Source: Mobula hypostoma (Eukaryota). Taken from it: a stretch of DNA of 64,000 nucleotides. Shown here in pieces: positions 12,666-24,686 of the stretch. Under the pieces are notes generated by a model. It did no database searches and was not told where the DNA came from. It saw only the letters and a program-made list of their open reading frames with translations. Each line of letters opens with the position of its first letter. Position 1 is the stretch's first letter. Made by a program: the position numbers and the translations under genes. The DNA is taken from NCBI RefSeq assembly GCF_963921235.1, contig NC_086097.1:80540001-80604000 (forward strand). Reading direction: 5' to 3'.

Positions 12666-14365
12666 TTAGCGGAAGTTAGAGAAGTCGATGTTCATGCCAG
12701 CAGGTTGGAGGCTACCCAGATGGAATATAAGGTGTTGTTCCTCCAACCTGAGTGTGGCTTCATCTTTACAGTAGAGGAGGCCGAGGATAGACATGTCAGA
12801 ATGGGAATGGGATGTGGAATTAAAATGTGTGGCCACTGGGAGATCCTGCTTTCTCTGGCGGACAGAGCGTAGATGTTCAGCAAAGCGGTCTCCCAGTCTG
12901 CGTCGGGTCTCGCCAATATATAAAAGGCCACATCGGGAGCACCGGACGCAGTATATCACCCCAGTTGACTCACAGGTGAAGTGTTGCCTCACCTGGAAGG
13001 ACTGTTTGGGGCCCTGAATGGTGGTAAGGGAGGAAGCGTAAGGGCATGTGTAGCACTTGTTCCGCTTACACGGATAAGTGCCAGGAGGGAGATCAGTGGG
13101 GAGGGATGGGGGGGACGAATGGACAAGGGAGTCGTGTAGGGAGCGATCCCTGCGGAATGCAGAGAGAGGGGGGGAGGGAAAGATGTGCTTAGTGGTGGGA
13201 TCCCGTTGGAGGTGGCGGAAGTTACGGAGAATAATATGTTGGACCCGGAGGCTGGTGGGGTGGTAGGTGAGGACCAGGGGAACCCTATTCCTACTGGGGT
13301 GGCGGGAGGATGAAGTGAGAGCAGATGTACGTGAAATGGGGGAGATGCGTTTAAGAGCAGAGTTGATAGTGGAGGAAGGGAAGCCCCTTTCTTTAAAAAA
13401 GGAAGACATCTCCCTCGTCCTAGAATGAAAAGCCTCATCCTGAGAGCAGATGCAGCGGACACGGAGGAATTGCAAGAAGGGGATAGCGCTTTTGCAAGAG
13501 ACAGGGTGAGAAGAGGAATAGTCCAGATAGCTGTGAGAGTCAGTAGGCTTATAGTAGACATCAGTGGATAAGCTGTCTCCAGAGACAGAGACAGAAAGAT
13601 CTAGAAAGGGGAGGGAGGTGTCGGAAATGGACCAGGTAAACTTGAGGGCAGGGTGAAAATTGGAGGCAAAGTTAATAAAGTCAAAGAGTTCTGCATGCGT
13701 GCAGGAGGCAGCACCAATGCAGTCGTCGATGTAGCGAAGGAAAAGTGGGGGACAGATACCAGAATAGGCACGGAACATAGATTGTTCCACAAACCCAACA
13801 AAAAGGCAGGCATAGCTAGGACCCATACGGGTGCCCATAGCTACACCTTTAGCTTGGAGGAAGTGGGAGGAGCCAAAGGAGAAATTATTAAGAGTAAGGA
13901 CTAATTCCGCTAGACGGAGCAGAGTGGTGGTAGAGGGGAACTGATTAGGTCTGGAATCCAAAAAGAAGCGTAGAGCTTTGAGACCTTCCTGATGGGGGAT
14001 GGAAGTATATAGGGACTGGACATCCATGGTGAAAATAAAGTGGTGGGGGCCAGGGAACTTAAAATCATCGAAAAGTTTAAGAGTGTGAGAAGTGTCACGA
14101 ACATAGGTCGGAAGGGATTGAACAAGGGGGGATAAAACCGTGTCGAGGTATGCAGAAACGAGTTTGGTGGGGCAGGAGCAAGCTGAGACAATAGGTCGGC
14201 CAGGACAGGCAGGTTTGTGGATCTTGGGTAGGAGGTAGAAACGGGGAGTGCGGGGTGTGGGAACTATAAGGTTGGTAGCAGTGGATGGGAGATCCCCTGA
14301 GCGGATAAAGTCGGTGATGGTGTGGGAGACAATGGCCTGGTGCTCCTTAGTGGGGTCACGATCGA
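12666..14365 (-). CDS. Penelope-like RT + GIY-YIG endonuclease, 5'-truncated but uninterrupted
   Basis: FYLLPKIHK..PGRPIVS, MDVQSLYTSIP, GVAMGTRMGPSYA, LRYIDD, CKRNKCYTC linker, VIYCVRCSRCGLLYIGETRRRLGDRFAEH; the ORF-track start (14366-14468) is antisense of the second copy. Confidence 0.93.
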
Positions 14366-15496
14366 TGGGTTTGTGGAACAATCTATGTTCCGTGCCTATT
14401 CTGGTATCTGTCCCCCACTTTTCTTTCGCTACATCGACGACTGCATTGGCGCTGCTTCCTGCACGCATGCAGAACTCTTTGACTTTATTAACTTTGCCTC
14501 CAACTTTCCCCTGCCCTCAAGTTTACCTGGTCCATTTCCGACACCTCCCTCCCCTTTCTAGATCTTTCTGTCTCTGTCTCTGGAGACAGCTTATCCACTG
14601 ATGTCTACTATAAGCCTACTGACTCTCACAGCTATCTGGACTATTCCTCTTCTCACCCTGTCTCTTGCAAAAGCGCCATCCCCTTCTCGCAATTCCTCCG
14701 TCTCTGCCGCATCTGCTCTCAGGATGAGGCTTTTCATTCTAGGACGAGGGAGATGTCTTCCTTTTTTAAAGAAAGGGGCTTCCCTTCCTCCACTATCAAC
14801 TCTGCTCTTAAACGCATCTCCCCCATTTCACGTACATCTGCTCTCACTCCATCCTCCCGCCACCCCACTAGGAATAGGGTTCCCCTGGTCCTCACCTACC
14901 ACCCCACCAGCCTCCGGGTCCAACATATTATTCTCCGTAACTTCCGCCACCTCCAACGGGATCCCACCACTAAGCACATCTTTCCCTCCCCTCCTCTCTC
15001 TGCATTCCGCAGGGATCGCTCCCTACACGACTCCCTTGTCCATTCGTCCCCCCCATCCCTCCCCACTGATCTCCCTCCTGGCACTTATCCGTGTAAGCGG
15101 AACAAGTGCTACACATGCCCTTACACTTCCTCCCTTACCACCATTCAGGGCCCCAAACAGTCCTTCCAGGTGAGGCAACACTTCACCTGTGAGTCAACTG
15201 GGGTGATATACTGCGTCCGGTGCTCCCGATGTGGCCTTTTATATATTGGCGAGACCCGACGCAGACTGGGAGACCGCTTTGCTGAACATCTACGCTCTGT
15301 CCGCCAGAGAAAGCAGGATCTCCCAGTGGCCACACATTTTAATTCCACATCTCATTCCCATTCTGACATGTCTATCCACGGCCTCCTCTACTGTAAAGAT
15401 GAAGCCACACTCAGGTTGGAGGAACAACACCTTATATTCCGTCTGCGTAGCCTCCAACCTGATGGCATGAACATCGACTTCTCTAACTTCCGCTAA
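14366..15496 (+). pseudogene. Second, shorter Penelope RT/GIY-YIG copy with a 1-bp frameshift near 14507
   Basis: FRYIDD...FASNF then frame change; ORF 14753-15496 nearly identical to the C-terminus of 12666-14365. Confidence 0.92.
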
Positions 15497-15789
15497 GGCC
15501 CCACCTCCCCCTCGTACCTCATCTGTTACTTATTTTTATGCACACATTCTTTTTCTCACTCTCCTTTTTCTCCCTCTGTCCCTCTGAATATACCTCTTGC
15601 CCATCTTCTGGGTCCCCCCCCCCTTGTCTTTCTTCCCGGACCTCCTGTCCCATGATCCTCTCGTATCCCCTTTTGCCTATCACCTGTCCAGCTCTTGGCT
15701 CTATCCCTCCCCCTCCTATCTTCTCCTATCATTTTGGATCTCCCCCTCCCCCTCCAACTTTCAAATCCCTTACTCACTCTTCCTTCAGT

Positions 15790-15827
15790 TAGTCCTGACG
15801 AAGGGTCTCGGCCTGAAACGTCGACTG
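15790..15827 (+). ncRNA. Minimal type I hammerhead ribozyme
   Basis: tagtc CTGACGA agg gtctcgg cct GAAA c GTC gactg; predicted cleavage after 15822. Confidence 0.85.
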
Positions 15828-18800
15828 CACCTCTTCCTAGAGATGCTGCCTGGCCTGCTGCGTTCACCAGCAACTTTGATTTGTGTTGCTTGAATTTCCA
15901 GCATCTGCAGTATTCCTGTTGTCTGAGGTAAAGCTAGAAGCTGTACAAGAAGAAGGATGCAAACAAGGTGCAATCAGAAAGAGGTGACAGTAGAGCTCAG
16001 CTCAAACAAAACAGAAAAGCAAAACAAAGAGCAGGTAAAATATCCAACTGCAGGGATGTGGCAAGTCTCCATTCCACGTCAAAGAGCTCTGGCCAGCAAA
16101 ACAAATGAAATGCCACCAATGCATTAGAGTTGGCCATTAAAAAAGCCAGTGTCACTCAGGAGATCAAAGAAGACCATGATTCAGATGGAGAGAGAGCTTT
16201 CCTTGGGGATCTAGATTCAAGTAGACAATGGTGTTGTACTACGGTTCAGTTGCAAAATGAGGCAGTGACCTTCAAAATGAACACTGGAGTAGATGTCACA
16301 GACATCCCCAAATGTCTATTCATAAAACTGGAGAAGGATAGAGGCCTTACACTAAACCAAAGAAAATGCTCATAAGGCCAGGCCATAAGTTCAGTGTGAA
16401 AGGAATGTTTACTACTTCCATCCATAAGAATGAGAAGCCGTTAAAAATGATGTCTTTGTTGATCAGAATCTTGTCTCACCATTACCGGGATGACATGCCA
16501 TTGAGAAGCTGAACCTCATTGCAAGGTTGAATTCGCTAAACAATGTTCAATGGCAGAAGAAATACCCAGAGTTGTTTATAGGCCTGGGGGATACTGAATG
16601 AAGAATTCCTTAATCAACTGAGGCCTAGAGTAATGCCCTACTCTCCGTTCACAGTGAGGCATATACTAGTCCTATTGATAAACAAAGTCAAAGCTGAACT
16701 TGAGAGAATGGAGGCGCTTGGCATCATAATTAGAGTGAACGGACCTACTGATTGGTGTGCGGGCATTGTTCCTGCTCACAAGCCATTTAGCACAGTGAGG
16801 ATCTTTGTTGATCTAACCTAAGGGAGAAGGTTATTCTGCCCTCTGTCGAGCACACATTGGGTGTGCGCTGGGTGGAGGAATGTTCTTTACCAAACTAGAT
16901 GCAGGGTTTTGGCAGATTTATTTCGTTCCTGGGGCACAGAAGCTCACAACCTTTATCACACCATATGGATGCTGTGCCTTCAAAAGATTCCCTTTTGACA
17001 TCTCATCAGCCCCTGAATTCTTTCATATGAGGATGAACCAAATTTTGGAAGGACTGGAAGAAGTAGTCTGCCACATGGATGATAGACTCATCTCCAGAAG
17101 CTCAAGTGAGGAATATGACAATAGAGTGGAAAATGCCTTGGAGAACCTGATACAGGCTGGAATTACCCTGAACAAATGAAATGCAAATTTGCAAAGTTGG
17201 AGGTAAGGTCCTCAGAGGGAGTGAAACCAGATTCAGACAAACTGGCAAGAGCCACTTCCATTGGTCTATGGGGAGTAGTTATATAAAATTGCAGTGGTGT
17301 ATGAAAATCGGTGGCAAATGCATCAAGAACACTGTCTCCTACTGAAGAGCATTACACCAAAATCAAAAAAGGAGACGCTCTCATGTGGGCTGGAGAATGC
17401 TTCAGCTGCTGCTTGATAGGCACTAAATTCCTACTTGAAACAGACCACAAGCTACATCGTACTCCTCAGCTCGAAACACTTTGATGACTTGCCTCCACAT
17501 CTGCAAAGATTCAGCAAAACTACTAGGACTTGATGTTTCAATCCCTATGGTAAGTTGGCACTCTCAATGTTGACAGTGGGCTTGGAGTGGTGACAAGGAG
17601 GGAGGGTAGGTACATCATTGGGGTCATCAGGTGGGCACCCTCCTTCTTTGACATTTCGTTGATAAGCCCACAACGTCTCCAAAGGGCTCAATGGTGCTAC
17701 CTGGCATTCCAGATACACCCCCCTCAGTTCCATACCCTCCTGTCTTCATCTTGCAGCCCAGTTGTCTTTCCTTTTAATCCAAATCCAATTGCTGCTTTCT
17801 TCTGCTGCATTTGATAAGGACTTGATTGCTTGTTGGAGGGAGTGACCCCTCACCCCCATCTTCTTCAATAGACTGGTCGTAGGTGCTGTTATGCGATAGT
17901 GTTATGACACTGAACATATACTTGACGAATCTTTTACAACACCAGACACTCTGTTGAACATGACATGCAAAAGTGAGTGGATAGAAGCTGACTCCCCCCT
18001 CATGGAAGAAACCAACATCTACTTAGCTCAGGTATGTGAAAGCTTTCATACCTCATGGAGTAAACTGGATGAAATTCACACCGAGTTGGAAAAGGTTCAA
18101 ATCTGCAGGAAGGTAATGCAATACTGAGAGCATGGATGACCAACTGTTCCAAAAGGAGCTCATGAACTCAGACCTTACTGGCTTGAAAGAATCACGCTCA
18201 CCTGTCTTGATGGTTTGCTGATAAAGGGCTCCAGACTCAATATTCCTGCTTCTATGCATGCCAAAATCATCAGTGAAATCCACCAAGGTCTCGAAAAAGG
18301 CATAGAAAAATGTCACCTTAGAGCAAGGCAATCTTTGCAGTGGTCTGGTCTGAGCACACAGCTGGGAGATTGTGTGAAGCCTGCAGAAAACTGCACAAAA
18401 ATCATGCCAAATCTCTCTGTCCTACAGAATTCCCAGACTTTTCATAGCAAATTGCAGGCACAGACATTGTCAAACTGAAAAGAGACAAATATCTTCTCAC
18501 TATAGATTATATTCACAGAATGTTGAGGTGTCCAAACTGTCCTCCACATCCTCAGCAGCAGATAAACAACATCTGAAAGCTCTATTCACTTGCCATGGAA
18601 TACCAGAGACACGTGTCAGACAACCGTCTACAATTTAGCCGATCAGAGTTCAAAGCCTTTGCTAGGGACTATGAGTTCAAACACCAGATAAGCAGTCCAC
18701 GGTACCCATAGGCAAATGGAGAAGTGGAAAGAGCAGTGGAGACTGTTAACAATCTTCTACTGAAGGCAAAAGACGCCTACAAAATATTGTTAGCTCATTG

Positions 18801-19681
18801 TTCCACACCTATTGCAAATGGCTACAGTCCATCAGAGCTGTCAACGGGCAGGAGAATGAGAACAAGTCTACCCATTCTTCCTTCCCTTCTCCAACCTCAC
18901 TTACCGGACTTAGACAAAGTGAGAAATTTTGAGACAACACAGAGTCAGACAACAGAGAGCATGTGTGATCTCAGACACAGAGTAAGATGTTTGCCGGCAC
19001 TCAGGAGTGGTGAAGCTCTTTGGGTCTCAGACCAATCCACCAAAGGAACAATAGTCCAGCCTCCTGAACCACAATCATTTGAATCAGAACAACACAAGGG
19101 GAAATCAGGGGGAACAGGCTTGCTCTTGTGTGCCTTCAAAATCCATGAAAGGTAAAGAAAGAAATAGACGGGCGTGATCCTTATGAAAGGGACCACTTAC
19201 CTGAGGTAAATGCATCTGTTCAAGCATCTCCATCTGCTCCAAAGTTTCCAGGGATCAATACCAGATTAGTCCATTTATCTGTCCCACCACAGAGATGTAC
19301 TCCCTGGCCAAATAGCTTGCAGCAAGTGACTAAAGAAGCAGAATAATCCTATCGCTTTGCCGGAGTGTTCAGGTAGTCTACCCTGATTTCCATTAGATTT
19401 AGTGTATTTAAGAAAGAATTCTAATGCTGAAAACATTTCACAAAATGAGACTCTTCTTAGAAAAGGGGAATTAGTGAAAAAAAGGAGGAAAACAAAGAGA
19501 GGGAGACTATTAATATCAAAGAGAAAGAGAGTTATAATGTTGGCAATTCTTTTTTATTTTTATGTAAAGAGCATAAGTTACGTGCTATGGGTAAAGTGAA
19601 CTGAGGCACTTAATTTCAGTGACTAATTTCAATGCAGTTTTATGGACAAGAAGTACATAGCTAGTTTTTCAAGAAGAGGGA

Positions 19682-19846
19682 TGTAGAGGTAGTTAATAGT
19701 ATTATTCCTGTGCCACTCAGTTAGCCACTCTCACATGGGAGGAGTTCACATACTGTACAAGTAAAGTTGACAATAAAGTTCAGTTGAATATCCTCCCTGC
19801 TGGTGTTTGGCATACTCTGCGCTATTCCTCTATATCAAACACAACA
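19682..19846 (+). repeat. 3' LTR of Mag-like Gypsy
   Basis: tgtag...caaca, preceded by purine tract 19671-19681. Confidence 0.9.
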
Positions 19847-20680
19847 GCTTGCCAACCTGTCCTCTAAGACATGCTTTCTAGGCGAGGAGCATCCTGGTAA
19901 ATCTCCTGTCCAATGCTTCCACATCATTCCTGTAATGAGGCGACCAGAACTGAATGTAATATTCTAAGTGATATTTAATCAGGGTCTTATAGAGCTGCAG
20001 CAGTATATCACAGCTCTTGAGCTCAATCTCCAACTAATGAAGGCCAACATACCTTACGCCTTCTTACTATCTGTATCAACTTTCATGGTAACTTTGAGGG
20101 ATCCCTTTGTTCCTCCACAATGGCAAAAATCCTGCCATTAACCTTGTATTTTGCTTGCAAATTTAACCTTTCACAATGAATCACTTCACACTTTACTGGG
20201 TTGAATTCCAGCTACCACTTCTCAGCCCCACTCTGCATCTTGTCAATGTCCCACCGCCACCTAAAGTAACACTCAATACAATCCACAACTCCACCAACCT
20301 TCATCTTATCTTACTAGCCCATTCTTCCACACTTCATCCAAGTCATTTATATAAAAATTGCAAAGAGCAGGGGCCCCAGAACAGATCCTTGCAGAACCCC
20401 ACTGTTTACTGACCTCGAGGCAGAACACACTCCATCTACAGCCAGCCTCTACCTTTTGTGGGCAAGCCAGTTCTGAATCCATACAGCCAAGTTTCCCTGG
20501 ATCCAATGCCTGATGACTTTCTGAATAAGACTGCCATGGGGAAACTTGTCCAACACCTTAATAAAATCCATGTGCACCACATCTACTGCTTTACCTTCAT
20601 CAATGTGCTTTGTCACATGATCGAAGAATTCTATCAGGCTTGCGAGGCATGAAATGTCTCTCACAAAACCATGCTGTCTA
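19847..20680 (-). mobile_element. CR1 LINE RT fragment (host of the Gypsy insertion)
   Basis: [48 protein letters not shown]. Confidence 0.9.
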
Positions 20681-20749
20681 ACAAAAAGGAAAGACAAAAT
20701 GGAGCTGTCAGAAATATGATAGCTGCTAAATTGATGAGTGTGTGTCTTC

Positions 20750-21240
20750 TCCCCAGTGGTAGTAATGAGAAGAGGATAGATGGTGTGGGTCCTTAGTGAC
20801 GGAAGCTGCCTTATTGAGTCACCACCTCTTGAAGATATCCTCAATGATTGGGAGGGTTGTGTCTATTATGGATGTATCGATAACCTTTTGCAGCCTCTTT
20901 CAATCCTGTGCATTGGGACCTCTATAGCAGGCTGTGACACAACCATTCAAAATGCTCTCCACCATACATCTCCAGAAGTTTGGCAGAGTCTTTCGTGACA
21001 TGCAAATCCCCTCAACTCCTAATGAAGTCGAGCTTCTAGTGTGCCTTCTTACTGACTGTATCAATATGGAGGGCCCAGCTCAGACAATCTGAAATGTAAA
21101 ACTCTCAGGAATGAAGCTACTCACCCATCCCACCACTGACTCCTCAATGAGGTCCGGTGCATGCTCTCTCAACTTCACCTTCCTGCGGTCCACAATCAAT
21201 TCCTTGGTCTTGCTAATGCTGAATTTGAGTTTGACAATCC
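20750..21240 (-). mobile_element. Rex1/Babar-like LINE fragment
   Basis: SISKTKELIVDRRK..IEESVVGWVSSF, homologous to 27727-28116. Confidence 0.65.
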
Positions 21241-21814
21241 TTTTACGATGGTTATCAGTCAAGAGGGTCCAAGCACATCTTTTCAGTGTAGAAAGCAGGA
21301 CTGCAGAGTGCTCCAGGTGTAATCTCAACAAATTTCTGGCACAACCTCAGTATGTCTTCCTAATTTTCAGACTCTAAATCCTCATAATCAGGATCAACAT
21401 CATTATGGTTCTAACATACATTTGCCTTCCTGATAGTTTAATGTACAGTACAAATATAGTTATTTTATGCATTTCATGAAACAACAATCCAAGCTCCCTA
21501 GTTGGGAGCTTACTAGTTGGCCACTGTTTAAACACTGTTGTTTTTTCTGTCATTCCAATATGTCAATTTACTTCATCTGCCACCTTCTTTCCAACTTATT
21601 TTCCATATTTTCCCCTGCAGAATCTCTGCATTTTCCAGCTCACTTTCCCATCAAACTTGACTGCAATACATTGTGTTTTTACAACGTTATTGACATAAGT
21701 TGTTAATACATAAAAGGCCGGACTCAACTCAGCTCCTGACTCTGCCAAACTGAAAACAATCGCTAAACCCACTGTTCAATGCCTGTTGATCAATCATCTA
21801 TCGATATACTGTAT

Positions 21815-22210
21815 AAGAAATAGGAGGAAGAGGGCATTTAAGCTCCTTGTGCTTGCTCCACTGTATACTACCACTGTTTCTGATCTTACCTTAGTGTTCC
21901 TTCCTGCACTCATCCCATATCACCTGATTCCTTGAATATCTAAAAATCTTCGTTTTGAATAACTTTGTACTGAGGCTCCTCAGACCTCTCAGGTAGTGAA
22001 TTCCAAAGGTGCATGATCCTCTGGTTGAAAATGGCGGAACCCCTATTTTGAGACTAAGGCCTCTGATTCTAGACAACTGAGTCAGAGGAAACATCAGTCC
22101 TGTATCTATCCTGTTAAACACTATAGAGATTTTGTACATTATAATGGTATCCTCTCTCATTTTGAACTCAAGTGAATTTAGGCCTAGTCTCTGTAATCTC
22201 TAATCCTCTA
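21815..22210 (-). mobile_element. Old CR1 3' fragment
   Basis: MREDTIIMYKI..RIDTGLMFPLTQLSRIRGLSLKI. Confidence 0.7.
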
Positions 22211-22358
22211 AAGTGATTAAGTTGCCCTTATTTTATGTGACAACCTTTCCAGTGGTTCCTCTTTGGATGCCTTTCCAGAACTGTGTTATCCAGTATCCCT
22301 TATTTCCCCTTTATCTAATGTTTTATTTACGTCCTCAAAACTCTAATTAACTAATCAA

Positions 22359-22551
22359 AACACAAACAAGAGAAAATCTGCAGATGCTGGAAATCCGAGC
22401 AACACACACAAAATGCTGGAGGAACTCAGCAGGCCAGGCAGTATCTATGGAGAAATGTACGTTTGAGATTTCGGCCCAAAATGTCAACTGTACTTTTTTC
22501 CAATAGATGCTGCCTGGCCTGCTGAGTTCCTCCATCATTTTGTGCGTGTTG
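22359..22551. mobile_element. Miniature palindrome of two Penelope 3' termini
   Basis: caacacacacaaaatgctggaggaactcagcaggccaggcag ... ctgcctggcctgctgagttcctccatcattttgtgcgtgttg; hammerhead remnant at the centre. Confidence 0.85.
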
Positions 22552-24686
22552 ACCAGTCAATGTGATTTTTCCTTTACAAAACTATATTGTTTCTACTTAA
22601 TCAATTGATTTTCTAAGTTCTCCATTACTAAGACTTCATTGACATATTTTAGCAATTTATTGACAACATTTGCCAGGTTAACCAGTTTACACGTTATACC
22701 TTTCCTTAAATAGTATTACTTTATTTTTTAACCTTCTAATCTGCTGATCATGCTCTTTTTTTCTAAAATGAATTCTCTTGCCCCTGTTTCTGTCTTATTC
22801 TGTTCTTTTTACAATACCCGAAAAATAGATTCCTTGCTAACATGTATACTCAATCTTTTCGATTCATCATATTTTGAAATATTGGATGCTGCTTCCAAAA
22901 AATGATTCCAACCCTCATACTTCCAAATTTTTCTGGCGTAAGTTCTAATCTAATACACTTGAAAACTTTTCAGTTAGTCACAGATGAATTTATTTATTTA
23001 TTTTTAAACAGAGCTCATACATCTGAATAGAATGTAGAAGTGTTGCAGTTTTCAAACTACTTCTTCAAATGTTTGCCGTTATTTTGCTTTCAGACATTTG
23101 AATCTAATTGTGGATAATTTGCAACATGGAAAGAGAACATTTCCTCCCACTATTGACTTTGTTTAATTCTACATCTCTCCACTGTTCTCTGATCCAGAGA
23201 TATATTAAACACTTGTAAGCATCTATGTTATTCATTTCAGTGTCTCCTCATTATAGAAATCACCACAAAAATCATTCGCCGGGTTAAGAGATTTCTCATT
23301 AATTCCTTCCTGTCTCCAGCAGTGCTACCTCATACATATTTATGGACCTAAACTTTAATTTTGTGATACAAATGCAGACATTTTCCACACGCAAAGGAGA
23401 ATTGGTTAAGGTTGCGTACTTGGGTTTTCAGAAGGCCTTTGACAAGGTGCCACACATGAGGCTGCTTATCAAGTTATGAGCCCATAGTATCACAGGAAAG
23501 ATTCTAGCATGGATAAAGCAATGGCTGATTGGCAGGAGGCAAAGAGTGGGAATAGTTTTAGTTGGCTTTTCTAGTTGGCTGCCAATTTCTAGTAGTGTTC
23601 CAGAGGGGTCTATGTTGGGACTGATTCTTTTTACATTATATGTCAGTGATTTGGATGTTAGATTGATGGCTTGGTTACAAAGTTTGCATATGAAATGAAG
23701 ATAGGTGGAGGGGCAGGTAGTCTTGAGGAAGTAGAGAGGCTACAGAAGGACTCAGACAGATTTGGAGAATGGCAGATGGAATAGAGTGTTGAAAAGTGTA
23801 TGGTCCTGCACTTTGGTAGAAGTTAAAGGGTTGGCTATATTCTGAATGGAGCGACAATACAAAAAAACTGAAGTGCAAAGGGATTTGAGAATCCTTGTGC
23901 AGGATTCCCTAAAGTTTAATTGGCAGGTTGAGTCTGTGGAGAGGAAGTCAAATGTGATGTCAGCAATCATTTCAAGAGGACTAGAATATAATATTTACTC
24001 AGAGAGTGGTAGCTGTGTGGAACGAGCTTCCAGCAGAAGTGGTTGAGGCAGGTTCAATGTTGTCATTTAAAGTTAAATTGGACAGCTATATGGACAGGAA
24101 AGAAATGGAGGGTTATGGGCTGAGTGCAGGTTGGTGGGACTAGGTGAGAGTAGGAGTTCGGCACGGACTAGAAGGGCCAAGATGTTTCCATGCTGTAATT
24201 GTTATATGGTTATATGGCTAAAAACAAGGATGTAATGTTGAGACTTTATAAAGCATTTGGGAGGCCTCACTTGGAGTATTTTGAGCAGTTTTAGGCACCT
24301 TATCTTAGAAAGGATGTGCTGAAACTAGGGAGGATTCAAAGGAGGTTCATGAAAATGATTCCAGGATTGCATGGCTTAACATATGAAGAGTGTTCGTTGG
24401 CTCAGGGCCTGTATTCACTGGAATTCAGAAGAATGAGGGGTAACCTAATTGAAGCACATCAAATGATGAAAGGCCTTGATAAAGTAGATGTGGAAAAGAT
24501 ATTTCCTAGGGTGGAGAGTCTAAGACCAGAGGACACAGCCTCAGAATAGAGGGGTGTGCTTTTAGAACAGAGATGAGAAGGAATTCCTTTAGCCAGAGAG
24601 TGGTGAATCTGTGGAATTCTTTGCTACAGGCAGCTGTGGAGGCCAGATCTTTATGTATATTTAAGGCAGAGGTTGACAAATTCTTG

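Larger units (their letters stand above)
12275..15922. mobile_element. Head-to-head double Penelope-like element (Neptune-type) insertion
   Basis: 14-bp TSD ctgaggtaaagcta at 12261-12274 and 15923-15936; minus copy 12275-14365, plus copy 14366-15922; ~1.52-kb inverted arms. Confidence 0.95.
11241..19846 (+). mobile_element. Old Gypsy LTR retrotransposon (Mag-like), decayed gag-pol, interrupted by Penelope palindrome
   Basis: ~165-bp LTRs 11241-11406 and 19682-19846; 5-bp TSD gcttg (11236-11240, 19847-19851); PBS tggtgtcagatgtgg; PPT aagaagaggga; gag, protease (FKMNTGVDVT), RT (FTKLDAGFWQ..CHMDD) and integrase (ERAVETV..ANGYSPSEL) fragments. Confidence 0.92.

Noticed and set aside
14366..14468. 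N-terminus and start codon of the 600-aa ORF
   Set aside because: It is the antisense strand of the second Penelope copy read across the inversion junction, not a genuine start; the element is 5'-truncated
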